Assembly (NCBI RefSeq): GCF_051658185.1
Contig: NZ_JBOFMC010000067.1
Span: 1 to 55,154, forward strand
Direction of reading: 5' to 3'
DNA length: 55,154 nucleotides
From: Shewanella sp.
GTDB lineage: Bacteria; Pseudomonadota; Gammaproteobacteria; Enterobacterales; Shewanellaceae
Part shown: positions 1 to 9,980 of the stretch, piece after piece
How the letters are laid out: every line of letters begins with the position of its first letter
Position numbering within the stretch: position 1 is the first letter of the stretch
Program-made: the position numbers and the translations under genes
The notes under the pieces: model-generated
Told to the model about the DNA's origin: nothing
The model's database searches: none
Seen by the model: the letters and a program-made list of their open reading frames with translations, nothing else

Positions 1-4
1 ATAC

Positions 5-33
5 AAAAACGGCCTGCACAGGATTGCAGGCCG
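5..33 (-). terminator. Intrinsic terminator of tkt
   Basis: 9-bp stem CGGCCTGCA/TGCAGGCCG followed by a T-run on the minus strand, about 60 bp past the tkt stop. Confidence 0.75.
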
Positions 34-94
34 GATTATACAGATTAACAGCACAAAAGTTTAACCTTTTGTTTTTAATCTTATCCTGCGGCGA

Positions 95-2089
95 TTAACC
101 TAAGGATTTTACGGCATTGAGCACATTGTCAACGGTGAAACCAAAATGGGCCATCAGCACATTGCCAGGCGCCGACTCACCGAAGGTGGTCATGCCAACG
201 ATGGTGCCTTCAAAGCCTACATACTTGTACCAGAAATCCGTATGAGCCGCTTCGATAGCGATACGCTTAGTGACCGCTTTTGGTAAAACTGACTCTTTAT
301 ACGCCGCATCTTGCTTATCAAACTCGGTGTTTGATGGCATAGACACCACGCGCACTTGCTTGCCTTGTTCAGTTAATGCTGCAGCCGCATCCATTGCTAG
401 TTGCACTTCGCTACCGGTGGCGATCAGGATGTACTCTGGCGTGCCAACACAATCCTTAAGTACATAAGCACCCTTGGCAACGTTAGCTAATTGCTCTGGA
501 GTACGCGCCTGCGCCTTCAGATTTTGACGGCTGAAGATCAGTGAGGTTGGCGCGTGACGACGTTCAATGGCTGCTTTCCACGCCACTGCGGTTTCAGCCG
601 CGTCACAAGGGCGCCATACCGCCATGTTTGGCGTCATGCGCAGGTTAGCTAATTGCTCAACCGGTTGATGCGTTGGGCCGTCTTCACCTTGACCGATAGA
701 GTCATGGGTATAAACGAAGATGTTTTGAATGCCCATCAGCGCAGACATACGTACTGCGTTACGGGCGTATTCCATAAACATCATGAAAGTCGCGCCATAG
801 TTGATAAAGCCACCGTGGAGTGACACACCGTTCATGATGCCGCTCATACCGAACTCACGCACACCGTAGTACACATAGTTACCGGCAGGATCGTCTTGAA
901 TCCCTTTAGAACCTGACCACAAGGTCAAGTTAGAGCCCGCTAAGTCAGCACTGCCACCTAACAGCTCAGGCAACATCGCCCCAAAAGCACCGATGGCATT
1001 TTGTGAGGCTTTACGGCTGGCAATGCCTTCGCCTTTGGCTTGGCATTCTTGGATAAAGGCTTGCGCTTTCGCTTCAAAATCCGCGGGTAACTCGCCTTTT
1101 AATACACGGCGTTCGTACTCGGCGGCCAGCTCTGGGTAAGCTTGCGCGTATGCGGCAAACTTATCGTTCCATGCAGCTTCACGCGCAGCACCGGCGTCGG
1201 TGGCATCCCAACCGGTGTAAACATCGGCCGGGATTTCAAATGGCGCATGTGGCCAGCCTAAAAATTCACGGGCGGCGGCGATTTCAGCATCACCTAGTGG
1301 CGCGCCGTGGCAATCGTGGCTGCCAGATTTGTTTGGCGAACCAAAACCGATAATGGTTTTGCAGCAGATCATGGTGGGTTTGTCGGTGACCGCTTTAGCC
1401 GCTTCAATCGCCGCGCGAATGGCAGCGCTATCATGACCATCGACGTTCGCAATCACATGCCAGCCATAGGATTCGAAACGTTTTGGTGTGTCATCGGTAA
1501 ACCAGCCTTCCACGTGGCCGTCGATAGAAATACCGTTGTCATCCCAGAAGGCGATGAGTTTGCCTAGGCCTAAGGTGCCCGCTAAAGAACAGGCTTCGTG
1601 GGAAATACCTTCCATCAAGCAGCCATCGCCAAGGAAGCAATAAGTATAGTGGTCAACAATTTCGTGACCTGCGCGGTTAAACTGTGCCGCTAAGGTTTTT
1701 TCTGCAATCGCCATCCCCACGGCATTGCTGATCCCCGCGCCTAATGGGCCGGTGGTGGTTTCAACGCCTGGGGTGTAACCGTACTCTGGGTGACCAGGGG
1801 TTTTTGAATGCAATTGACGGAACTGTTTTAACTCATCAATCGGCAGATCGTAGCCAGTCAGGTGCAATAAAGAATAAATCAGCATGGAGCCGTGGCCGTT
1901 AGAGAGGATAAAACGATCTCTATCTACCCATTTTGGATTGTTCGGGTTGTGTTTAAGGAAATCATTCCATAACACTTCAGCAATATCTGCCATGCCCATC
2001 GGGGCGCCGGGGTGGCCTGAATTTGCTTTTTGAACGGCATCCATACTTAACGCACGGATTGCGTTGGCGAGTACTTTACGGGAAGACAT
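95..2089 (-). CDS. tkt: Transketolase
   Basis: [12 protein letters not shown]-binding [24 protein letters not shown]; 664 aa; AGGAG RBS. Confidence 0.98.
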   Translation of the reverse strand: MSSRKVLANAIRALSMDAVQKANSGHPGAPMGMADIAEVLWNDFLKHNPNNPKWVDRDRFILSNGHGSMLIYSLLHLTGYDLPIDELKQFRQLHSKTPGHPEYGYTPGVETTTGPLGAGISNAVGMAIAEKTLAAQFNRAGHEIVDHYTYCFLGDGCLMEGISHEACSLAGTLGLGKLIAFWDDNGISIDGHVEGWFTDDTPKRFESYGWHVIANVDGHDSAAIRAAIEAAKAVTDKPTMICCKTIIGFGSPNKSGSHDCHGAPLGDAEIAAAREFLGWPHAPFEIPADVYTGWDATDAGAAREAAWNDKFAAYAQAYPELAAEYERRVLKGELPADFEAKAQAFIQECQAKGEGIASRKASQNAIGAFGAMLPELLGGSADLAGSNLTLWSGSKGIQDDPAGNYVYYGVREFGMSGIMNGVSLHGGFINYGATFMMFMEYARNAVRMSALMGIQNIFVYTHDSIGQGEDGPTHQPVEQLANLRMTPNMAVWRPCDAAETAVAWKAAIERRHAPTSLIFSRQNLKAQARTPEQLANVAKGAYVLKDCVGTPEYILIATGSEVQLAMDAAAALTEQGKQVRVVSMPSNTEFDKQDAAYKESVLPKAVTKRIAIEAAHTDFWYKYVGFEGTIVGMTTFGESAPGNVLMAHFGFTVDNVLNAVKSLG

Positions 2090-2798
2090 GCTCTCTCCTG
2101 CTTAATATTATAAGATCTAGCTAGCGGGCAATTTGGACGCACATTTTCCCCTACATAAAGGGATGACGCAAACTAAAATTCACCACAATGTCGCTGCTGC
2201 TACCGAATCGACATTTTTACGATAAAAAAGCGCCCACGATGAACTTTTATCGAGCCCACCGCGTAATCCTTTGCCTCTACTGACGCCAGCGCCGCGGTGT
2301 ATCTGCTCACTGGCTGCCACATGCCAGTTGAGTATGTCTCATCCAACCCCGTGTACATCACGAGGGCGTGTTGGCGCGGCGAGAGTCATGCTGTTCGCCT
2401 TGGCAAACTTAAGCTCGCGAGGCAAGGAATGAGGTGTCGTTATCCGACTCACATCTTATGGCAGCCTTATGGCAGCAAATAAGCGTAAGAGCAAGCGCTT
2501 GCCAAACGCCCCTTTCGGGCAGCGTTGGGCACACCGTTTCGGCGGCGTTATCGTCCATTGAGTGAGAGTAACGACGCCGCACGCACGTTGCCTTGCATAA
2601 TCGCTAGCCATCTTGCGGTAAAAAACACCCTAAGACAGCAGCGTGCCCGAGGATGAGTAACAGTGTTTAATAATTTAATTTCAAAAACTTAAGGCATTTA
2701 GATACTTTTTAGGCGAGATATCAAAGCTGGGATTTACCTCACTAAGTACACAAATAGTTAGCTTTGGGGGTGTCATCGCGACGAAATTCCACTAAAAT

Positions 2799-2830
2799 AG
2801 CCGTCTAGATGTAGATGCTTCTACACGTTT
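2799..2830. promoter_or_regulatory. Four tandem MetJ boxes upstream of metK
   Basis: AGCCGTCT-AGATGTAG-ATGCTTCT-ACACGTTT, in 8-bp phase, matching AGACGTCT at 7, 5, 5 and 6 of 8; overlaps a TAAAAT -10 region. Confidence 0.85.
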
Positions 2831-2857
2831 GAATGCTAACGACGAGATTTTCCTACT

Positions 2858-4009
2858 ATGGCAAAGCACTTGTTTACTTCTGAGTCGGTCTCAGAAGGTC
2901 ATCCCGATAAGATTGCAGATCAGATTTCTGATGCTGTGCTAGATGCAATTCTGGCCCAAGATCCTAAAGCACGCGTTGCGTGTGAAACCTATGTAAAAAC
3001 CGGCATGGTATTAGTTGGTGGTGAAGTCACGACTTCTGCTTGGGTTGATATTGAAGAGCTGACCCGTAAAACGGTTCGTGAGATTGGCTACACCCACTCA
3101 GACATGGGTTTTGATGCCGATTCCTGCGCCGTATTAAATGCGATTGGTAAGCAGTCTCCCGACATTAACCAAGGGGTTGATCGCGCCGATCCTAAAGAAC
3201 AAGGCGCCGGCGACCAAGGCTTAATGTTTGGCTATGCCAGCAACGAAACCGACATTCTGATGCCAGCGCCTATCACCTATGCCCACGCATTGGTGAAACG
3301 TCAATCAGAAGTGCGTAAAGATGGCACCCTGCCATGGCTACGCCCCGATGCGAAAAGCCAAGTAACCTTCGCCTACGAAGACAACAAGATTGTTGGCATC
3401 GATGCGATCGTGCTGTCAACCCAACACAGCCCAGACATCGGCCAAGCAGATTTGATTGAAGGCGTGATGGAAACCATCATCAAGCCCGTTCTGCCGGCTC
3501 ACTGGCTGAATAAAGACACCAAATACTTCATCAACCCAACAGGCCGTTTTGTTATCGGTGGCCCAATGGGTGACTGTGGCTTAACGGGTCGTAAGATCAT
3601 CGTCGATACCTACGGTGGTATGGCGCGTCACGGCGGTGGAGCTTTCTCGGGTAAAGATCCATCAAAAGTTGACCGCAGTGCGGCTTACGCTGCCCGTTAC
3701 GTCGCGAAAAACATCGTGGCCGCCGGCCTTGCCGATCGTTGTGAGCTGCAAGTTTCTTACGCCATTGGTGTGGCTGAGCCAACCTCAATCAGCATCGAAA
3801 CCTTCGGCACTGGTAAAGTGTCAGAAGAAGTGCTGATCAAATTAGTGCGTCAACACTTCGACCTGCGCCCATACGGCCTGACTGAAATGTTGAACTTAGC
3901 TCGCCCAATTTACCAAGCCACCGCCGCCTATGGTCACTTTGGCCGCAGCGAATTCCCATGGGAAGCGACGGATAAAGCCGAAGCACTGCGCGCTGACGCT
4001 GGCCTATAA
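2858..4009 (+). CDS. metK: S-adenosylmethionine synthetase
   Basis: [19 protein letters not shown] and GGGAFSGKD signatures. Confidence 0.99.
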   Translation: MAKHLFTSESVSEGHPDKIADQISDAVLDAILAQDPKARVACETYVKTGMVLVGGEVTTSAWVDIEELTRKTVREIGYTHSDMGFDADSCAVLNAIGKQSPDINQGVDRADPKEQGAGDQGLMFGYASNETDILMPAPITYAHALVKRQSEVRKDGTLPWLRPDAKSQVTFAYEDNKIVGIDAIVLSTQHSPDIGQADLIEGVMETIIKPVLPAHWLNKDTKYFINPTGRFVIGGPMGDCGLTGRKIIVDTYGGMARHGGGAFSGKDPSKVDRSAAYAARYVAKNIVAAGLADRCELQVSYAIGVAEPTSISIETFGTGKVSEEVLIKLVRQHFDLRPYGLTEMLNLARPIYQATAAYGHFGRSEFPWEATDKAEALRADAGL

Positions 4010-4027
4010 TCGTTCTCGATTGACTCT

Positions 4028-4056
4028 AAAAAAAACCGCTACCAAGCGGTTTTTTT
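4028..4056 (+). terminator. Intrinsic terminator of metK
   Basis: A8-CCGCT-acca-AGCGG-T7. Confidence 0.85.
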
Positions 4057-4331
4057 ATGGGTATTTTTTATCCTTTTTGAACGCTCATCGCTCACCCCAT
4101 CGCCGCCGCTGAATTGAGCAGCCCAATTGAGTAGCGTCAGCGCTATCAACGAGGTGAGGTAGCCTTCCCCTCTTGCCCCTTTCGCCCCCAATCGGCGCCA
4201 TGGCGTTAACGGATGTCAAATCGCCATAGCAGCACTAGGCTCAATCTTATCTTCTTTGGGCTAATTGTCTTTTATTCAAACCGGTATAAAATGCCGTCAC
4301 TGACTATTCCTCAATGATATGGAGCTGTTAC

Positions 4332-4985
4332 ATGAGTGATTTAAGTTTTTTTGCGAAAAAGCGTTACACCAGTAAAGCGTTTGACCCGACGAAGACAATT
4401 GCGGCGGATAAAATTGCCGAAATCAAAACCCTGTTACAGTACAGCCCATCATCAACTAACTCACAGCCTTGGCATTTTATTTTAGCGAGCAGCGCCGAAG
4501 GCAAAGCTTTAATTGCCAAGTCCACTGAAAACTTTGCCTTTAATACTCAAAAGATCCTCAATGCTTCCCATGTGTTAGTGCTGTGCACCCGCAGCCAATT
4601 AGATGAAGCCCATTTACTTAACGTACTTGAACAAGAAGCCAAAGATGGCCGCTTTGCCGACGAAGCAGGCAAAAACAGCCAACATGCAGGCCGTTCGTTT
4701 TTTGCAAACATGCAAAAACACGAGATGAAAGATGCCCAGCATTGGATGGAAAAACAGGTCTACTTAGCCCTTGGGACCTTAATGCTCGGCGCCAGCGTAC
4801 TCGATATCGACGCCTGCCCGATTGAAGGGTTTGATCCTGTGGTACTTAACCAAGCCTTGGGATTACGGGAAAAAGGCTTTGGCGCCTCGGTGATCGTCGC
4901 GCTCGGCTATCATTCAGAAGATGACTTTAACGCGAAATTACCGAAATCGCGCCTCGCTCAAGAAGTGATCTTCACCGAGATTTAA
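4332..4985 (+). CDS. nfsB: Oxygen-insensitive NAD(P)H nitroreductase (NfsB/NfnB type)
   Basis: KRYTSKAFD, SPSSTNSQPWHF, PIEGFD, LPKSRL; start moved to ATG 4332 after GGAG. Confidence 0.9.
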   Translation: MSDLSFFAKKRYTSKAFDPTKTIAADKIAEIKTLLQYSPSSTNSQPWHFILASSAEGKALIAKSTENFAFNTQKILNASHVLVLCTRSQLDEAHLLNVLEQEAKDGRFADEAGKNSQHAGRSFFANMQKHEMKDAQHWMEKQVYLALGTLMLGASVLDIDACPIEGFDPVVLNQALGLREKGFGASVIVALGYHSEDDFNAKLPKSRLAQEVIFTEI

Positions 4986-5017
4986 TTGCGATTAGCCCTC
5001 ATCAAGCATGCCCTTGT

Positions 5018-5143
5018 GACTCAAGCCAACCTTAAGTGAAGGATTAAATTGGCTTGAGTCGGATTGAGTCGATTGGTTTTGAGCCTATTAGCTTGATTAA
5101 ACTGGCTTGATTAAACTGGCTTGAGTCAACTGATTTGAGCCAC
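5018..5143. repeat. 12-bp-stem hairpin (5018-5060) followed by a degenerate ~14-bp tandem array copied from its 3' arm
   Basis: GACTCAAGCCAA...TTGGCTTGAGTC, then units such as TTAGCTTGATTAAA, CTGGCTTGATTAAA, CTGGCTTGAGTCAA, CTGATTTGAGCCAC. Confidence 0.85.
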
Positions 5144-5353
5144 CTAACTCAGCAAGAGCATCATTCGCTTATGCATTAACGTTAAGTGGATAACTGGGCT
5201 GTATACACTTTGTCAAAAAAACAACACTAACCACGGCATAGTGACTCAAGCCCAAATTGCCCTTTGATAGGCAACACTCACATCAACAACCCTATGGATT
5301 TATGTGATCCCCTCAGCACTCCTGTTAATCCGACGGAAAACTCCCGTAAGGAT

Positions 5354-5377
5354 GACAGATTTCACGTGATATCTGTC
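5354..5377. promoter_or_regulatory. Near-perfect 24-bp palindrome, candidate operator
   Basis: GACAGATTTCACGTGATATCTGTC, one mismatched pair, about 200 bp upstream of the DsbA-like gene. Confidence 0.35.
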
Positions 5378-5583
5378 CGCCTCTTCAGCGATAATTAAGG
5401 CTTGCAATTTACCCTAGCCCAACAGTATCAACACTGGCGCGGGTATTACCGCTGACGCTCGTTTTAACACCGATGCGTGGTAAGCGTCACATCAAGAGGA
5501 AACACAGCGCTGTTTATCTGCGGCTCATTTCGTCAAGCCCTTAACAGACGCGGTGAATTCATCTAACCGACTTTGAGGAACCT

Positions 5584-6342
5584 ATGATCAAACCATTAGC
5601 CTTGGCAGCAGCCTTACTTATCACTCCACTTAGCGCGTTTGCCAACAACTTTATTGAAGGCACACACTTCACCCAAGTGTCAGATAAAGCCAGCAGCGAA
5701 CCCAAACTGACCGAGTTTTACTCATTTTACTGCCATAACTGTTTCTACATGGAGACTAACTACCTCCCTGGGATCAAAGCTAACTTAAACCCCAAAATTG
5801 CCTTTGACAGCAAGCATGTCGACTTTATGAATAGCGCCATTGGCACCGAAGTGATGCGCGCCCTCTCCGTTATCCAGAGTGTCGATACTCACCAACAGGC
5901 ACTGACCCACGCCATGTTTGCCGCCATCCAAGGTGAAGAAGGCGCCGATGGCCACGATCACAGTGCTCCAGGCCACAAGCATGAGTCACTGATCAACAAT
6001 CGCGATGACATTAAAAAGGTATTCGCCAAGTTTGGTATTGATGGCGCCAAATATGATGAGTTGGCCGACAGCAAAAGCACCAACGAAAAACTGGCCCTGT
6101 GGCGCACCCAGCAACAACAGTTCCGCGTAGAAAGCGTGCCAGCGTTTATTGTTAACGACAAATATGCCATCAATCTTGGTAGCATCAAAACAGTAGACGA
6201 ACTCAATAGCCTGATTAATTATCTGGCCATTGAAAAGGATGTGCCAGCGCCAAAAAGCTCTGGTGGTAGTTTAGCTTGGTTCTTCCTTGCATTTGCCGCC
6301 GCCATTGGCCTAGGCCGTCAAAAACGCCTGCTAGCAAAATAA
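5584..6342 (+). CDS. DsbA-family thiol:disulfide oxidoreductase with GlyGly-CTERM tail
   Basis: Signal peptide (..SAFA), EFYSFYCHNC, cis-Pro loop SVPAFIVN, C-terminal SSGGSLAWFFLAFAAAIGLGRQKR. Confidence 0.88.
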   Translation: MIKPLALAAALLITPLSAFANNFIEGTHFTQVSDKASSEPKLTEFYSFYCHNCFYMETNYLPGIKANLNPKIAFDSKHVDFMNSAIGTEVMRALSVIQSVDTHQQALTHAMFAAIQGEEGADGHDHSAPGHKHESLINNRDDIKKVFAKFGIDGAKYDELADSKSTNEKLALWRTQQQQFRVESVPAFIVNDKYAINLGSIKTVDELNSLINYLAIEKDVPAPKSSGGSLAWFFLAFAAAIGLGRQKRLLAK

Positions 6343-6402
6343 GCGGCGAAGCGATTAAACACCGCCAAGGCGCAAGATAAGCCCAGCGCCAACAAAAAAG
6401 AT

Positions 6403-6426
6403 AAAGGCCTCCACTGGAGGCCTTTT
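6403..6426. terminator. Bidirectional terminator between convergent genes
   Basis: AAAGGCCTCC-act-GGAGGCCTTTT. Confidence 0.8.
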
Positions 6427-6484
6427 GATTGTTAGTGAATGATTATTTGCAATACGATTATTTGCCAGATGATTATTTTTGCAA
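6426..6484. repeat. Degenerate 15-bp tandem array, about 4 units (core GATTATTTGC)
   Basis: TGATTGTTAGTGAA, TGATTATTTGCAATA, CGATTATTTGCCAGA, TGATTATTTTTGCAA; starts in the terminator T-run. Confidence 0.75.
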
Positions 6485-6512
6485 AATCTCAGCCGCCCTT
6501 GGGCGCACATCA

Positions 6513-7043
6513 TTACTGCCGAATAAACTCCAGCACATGGCTCGCGGCGAGCAGGGTATGCACGACTAAAAAACCGATAAAGGCTTGTGCAAACCCTTGA
6601 TGATAACCACGCCATGCCATAGCAAGCGGCGTACCTTGGTACACAAACCACACCACGCCCGTCAGTCCTGTAGCCAATAGCAGCAGTAGCCCTATGCCTT
6701 CGACGGTACTGAATAACCCCTTGCCCCCGGCAACGGGTAACTTCCCCTTTAACAATCCTCGGCAATCTTGAGCTAACTGCGCCCAGTCGCCAACTAGCCA
6801 CGCAAAATACTGGCGCCACTTGCCCTGTAGGCTATTGCGCAGTAAAAATCCCAGACTCAAGAGTGCACACACTAAGCCCAGATAAACGTGCAGATAATCA
6901 AACACACTGGCATTACTGCGCAAACTTCTGCCGATAAAAATCCACGGGCTAGTACACACCAACACCAAGCAACACAGCACAATCCACACATGTAAGCGCG
7001 CTAACAACAGCTGCCATAGCTGGCCAAACTTATTTTCTTTCAT
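6513..7043 (-). CDS. Cytochrome b/b6-domain (b561-like) membrane protein
   Basis: Four hydrophobic segments with spaced His (LHVW, LHVYLG, YHQG, VHTL); 27 bp downstream of hemG with its own RBS. Confidence 0.8.
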   Translation of the reverse strand: MKENKFGQLWQLLLARLHVWIVLCCLVLVCTSPWIFIGRSLRSNASVFDYLHVYLGLVCALLSLGFLLRNSLQGKWRQYFAWLVGDWAQLAQDCRGLLKGKLPVAGGKGLFSTVEGIGLLLLLATGLTGVVWFVYQGTPLAMAWRGYHQGFAQAFIGFLVVHTLLAASHVLEFIRQ

Positions 7044-7070
7044 TCACCCCCCTTGGCGTTTGCGCCAATC

Positions 7071-7592
7071 TTAGGCTTGGTGGATTAACTGCCCAAATTC
7101 CTGCACTTTTTGCCAATCGGTATATTCAACCTTGGTCATCGGATCCGTTGGTCCTTTGGTTATCCACATGATAAACCGAATAATATTGCGATCCATGGCG
7201 TTATAACCCTGATAATTTAGATTGCCACCAAAGACCTGCAGCAACTGCGGCTGCCAGCTGGTTTTGGCCAAAAAGGCCTGCATATAAGGGTTGGTCTCAG
7301 GGGTATTCTTTTGGGGTTTACGGGCCACTAAACTGACGGAAAAAAATCCATTGACCTTTTGGTTCAACAGGGCCTGATGCCGTTCAATAAACTCAAACAC
7401 GAGGGGATTATGTTTACCATGGCGAATACTGGCACCAATGATGATTTTATCAAACTCATCCAGGGCAGGCGGCGCTTTAATATCCGCCACCACCACAGTA
7501 TTGCCTAACGAGCGCAGCTGCTGGGCTAACTGCTCGGTAATCTTACGGGTTTGACCATGAACACTCGAAAAAATAAGCAAAATATTTTTCAC
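7071..7592 (-). CDS. hemG: Menaquinone-dependent protoporphyrinogen IX dehydrogenase
   Basis: Long-chain flavodoxin fold: SSVHGQTRKI, IGASIRHG, FFSVSLVARKP, EYTDW; GTG start. Confidence 0.92.
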   Translation of the reverse strand: MKNILLIFSSVHGQTRKITEQLAQQLRSLGNTVVVADIKAPPALDEFDKIIIGASIRHGKHNPLVFEFIERHQALLNQKVNGFFSVSLVARKPQKNTPETNPYMQAFLAKTSWQPQLLQVFGGNLNYQGYNAMDRNIIRFIMWITKGPTDPMTKVEYTDWQKVQEFGQLIHQA

Positions 7593-8101
7593 TTTAGCCT
7601 CGATTATCTCGATAAACAGAAGAAAAAGCGGCCTAACAAACGATAAACGGCGGCTTGCATTACTGACATAAAAGTCATTTTTCCATTAGGATATTGCATA
7701 CTAGGCGATTTAGTCACCCATTTACATGAAATAGATCACGGGGTTAGCTCAAATCCTCCCTGAAGACAGGGGATTTTTAGCTGACGCACAACAATCCTCA
7801 GTATTAACCATTGAAAAATAAACAATGGCAAGCGAGCGAGGCCAGAATGCAACTCGATGCTCTGAGGTGACAATGGCTCCACAAGGCTAGATCCGCCCCC
7901 GACAGTATGCCAAGATGCTAAAACGCCCATAAGCATGTCGACCAACACATACTGAAACGACGACGGTGGATTGGATTGAATGGCGAAAAGTGCAAGCGCT
8001 TAGCTCCCGCGCCGCGAACTGGCGCAGCAAAATAAGCCACTGTGACTAAAGTACCTAATACTGAGATGCCCTAGCCCAGCAACCACTAGAGCCGCAAATA
8101 G

Positions 8102-8965
8102 ATGACTCATTCACTCGCCAATCAAGAGGTGGCTCATAACAATATGGCTGAACACCACACTCACCTAGCCCATCAGCACGTGTCTGCCCGAAAAAAAGCC
8201 CTGCTACTCGGGCGCCAGTTAGGCCTGGCCAGCGAGCAGGCATATCGCCCAGCCCAATCCTCGCTTGCTGAGCGTGCGGCGCATCGGGCTCACACACTCG
8301 CAAGCCAGTACCAAACCAATGTAGAAACCATCTTTGCTTTGGCACTGAGTTACACCCCATCGGATGTCACTGGGGTGGAACTCGATCCCGACTGGAGTCA
8401 TCAATTTTTTATGATGGCCGAGCAAATCCAGAATCGCACAATGCAGGATCTCTGGGCCCGTATTTTAGCGAGCGAAATTGTCAATCCTGGGAATTTTAGC
8501 CTGCGCACCTTAGCGCTACTAAAGCAGCTCACCTATCGGGAAGCACAAATGCTAGAAAAAGCCCTCACCATGGCGGCAAAGGTCAATCATGAGCCGCGGT
8601 TCAAATTGGTGAGCGGCTATCGTTTATCGGGTGGGATTGGCCAATATTTTAGAAGAAACACCAATTTTAACTTAAGCTTATCGCAATTTGGCCTGCCCTA
8701 TTCCAGCATGTTAACCCTAGTGGATGCGGGGATTTTCCACAGCAGTGAATTTGAAACCGGAGAACTGAATCGCAAAACCCCGATCCATTTGAGCTTTCCC
8801 GGCTTGTCAATGCAGTTAATCCCCAAAAGGCGCCACCTGCAGCTTAAGTATTATCGGTTGACCCCGATTGGTGATGAATTGGCCCAATTGGTACCACCTA
8901 AGGCCGAACCTGCCTACTATCAGGCACTGCAGCAACAGTTTGCCAAAGACTTTATTATCGACTGA
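8102..8965 (+). CDS. Conserved hypothetical protein (TIGR03899/DUF2806-like)
   Basis: DPDW..QFF..AEQI...MQDLWARILASEI.NPG.FSLRTL motif; start may be ATG 8144. Confidence 0.75.
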   Translation: MTHSLANQEVAHNNMAEHHTHLAHQHVSARKKALLLGRQLGLASEQAYRPAQSSLAERAAHRAHTLASQYQTNVETIFALALSYTPSDVTGVELDPDWSHQFFMMAEQIQNRTMQDLWARILASEIVNPGNFSLRTLALLKQLTYREAQMLEKALTMAAKVNHEPRFKLVSGYRLSGGIGQYFRRNTNFNLSLSQFGLPYSSMLTLVDAGIFHSSEFETGELNRKTPIHLSFPGLSMQLIPKRRHLQLKYYRLTPIGDELAQLVPPKAEPAYYQALQQQFAKDFIID

Positions 8966-9027
8966 ATCAACCATGCTCCTATCGAGCCGGGCCACGCGCT
9001 CGGCTGATAACCCGCTCAATAGATCTG

Positions 9028-9648
9028 CTAAGAGGCTGTCGCCACCTCCCTTTCGCCATGCATCACGCCGCAATCGATTAAATACTCGATAATGGCCGCG
9101 ACTTGCGTGGCAAGCTCCCCTTGACTGGTGTCTATAGTCAACTCGGGCGCGAGCGGCGCCTCATAGGGTGAAGATATCCCCGTAAAGTCGCTAATTTCGC
9201 CCCTGCGAGCCTTTACATACAAGCCCTTAGGATCGCGCTGCTCACAAACCACTAAAGGCGTCGCCACATGCACTTCAATAAATTGCCCTGCAGGAAAGAG
9301 CGCCCGAAGGCGCGAACGCTCCTTGATCGTCGGCGAAATAAACGCTGACAACACCACTAAACCGGCATCCACCATTAACTTAGCGACCTCGCCTACCCGC
9401 CGCAGATTTTCAGCGCGATCCGCGGCGCTAAAGCCAAGCTCCTGACATAAGCCATGGCGCACATTATCACCATCGAGCAAATAGGTGTGTAATCCCGCCT
9501 CAAACAGGGCTCGCTCTAGCGCGCCGGCGAGGGTCGACTTACCCGCGCCTGAAAGCCCGGTAAACCAGAGTAACACTGGCTGCTGGCCCTTTTGTGCCGC
9601 TCTCGCCGCCTGATCGATAGGATGCGGATGCCACACGATGTTTGCCAT
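9028..9648 (-). CDS. cysC: Adenylyl-sulfate kinase
   Basis: [40 protein letters not shown]. Confidence 0.97.
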   Translation of the reverse strand: MANIVWHPHPIDQAARAAQKGQQPVLLWFTGLSGAGKSTLAGALERALFEAGLHTYLLDGDNVRHGLCQELGFSAADRAENLRRVGEVAKLMVDAGLVVLSAFISPTIKERSRLRALFPAGQFIEVHVATPLVVCEQRDPKGLYVKARRGEISDFTGISSPYEAPLAPELTIDTSQGELATQVAAIIEYLIDCGVMHGEREVATAS

Positions 9649-9704
9649 AAAGACTCCTCAATTTACGTCATTCATACCAAGATGCTGCCGCGCGGCCCCA
9701 GAAC

Positions 9705-9769
9705 CAACCGCGTTAATGTAACACCATCGTGTTAATGTAAAGCCATCGCGTTAATGCACAGCCATCGCG
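9705..9769. repeat. 19-bp tandem array, about 3.4 units
   Basis: CAACCGCGTTAATGTAACA, CCATCGTGTTAATGTAAAG, CCATCGCGTTAATGCACAG, CCATCGCG. Confidence 0.85.
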
Positions 9770-9875
9770 CGCCGCTCTTGAGTCAACGCTGCAGGCGCGA
9801 GCGACATTCGCCACGCCAGCACCGCGGGACTGCTCCAACCCAACGGGAACCATGGGTCAATCCAGTCAGCCCGAG

Positions 9876-9975
9876 GCTCATTCGCTAAGCCACGAGCTAA
9901 TCAGCTCAACCACCAGCTCATTCGCTAAGCCACGGGCTCATCTACAAAGCCTCCAGCTAATCCACAAAGCCACGC
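9876..9975. repeat. 20-bp tandem array, 5 units, directly after the cysN stop
   Basis: GCTCATTCGCTAAGCCACGA, GCTAATCAGCTCAACCACCA, GCTCATTCGCTAAGCCACGG, GCTCATCTACAAAGCCTCCA, GCTAATCCACAAAGCCACGC. Confidence 0.85.
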
Positions 9976-9980
9976 ATCAA

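Noticed and set aside
2600..2857. SAM riboswitch upstream of metK
   Set aside because: No recognisable aptamer; MetJ boxes explain regulation and the leader is short.
5325..5400. c-di-GMP-I riboswitch (GGAAAAC...GTAA)
   Set aside because: Lacks the second stem and the conserved GACGCAAAGC segment.
9705..9975. CRISPR array (also considered at 25749 and 41303)
   Set aside because: Units are contiguous with no unique spacers, are 20 bp or shorter and degenerate; no cas genes in the window.
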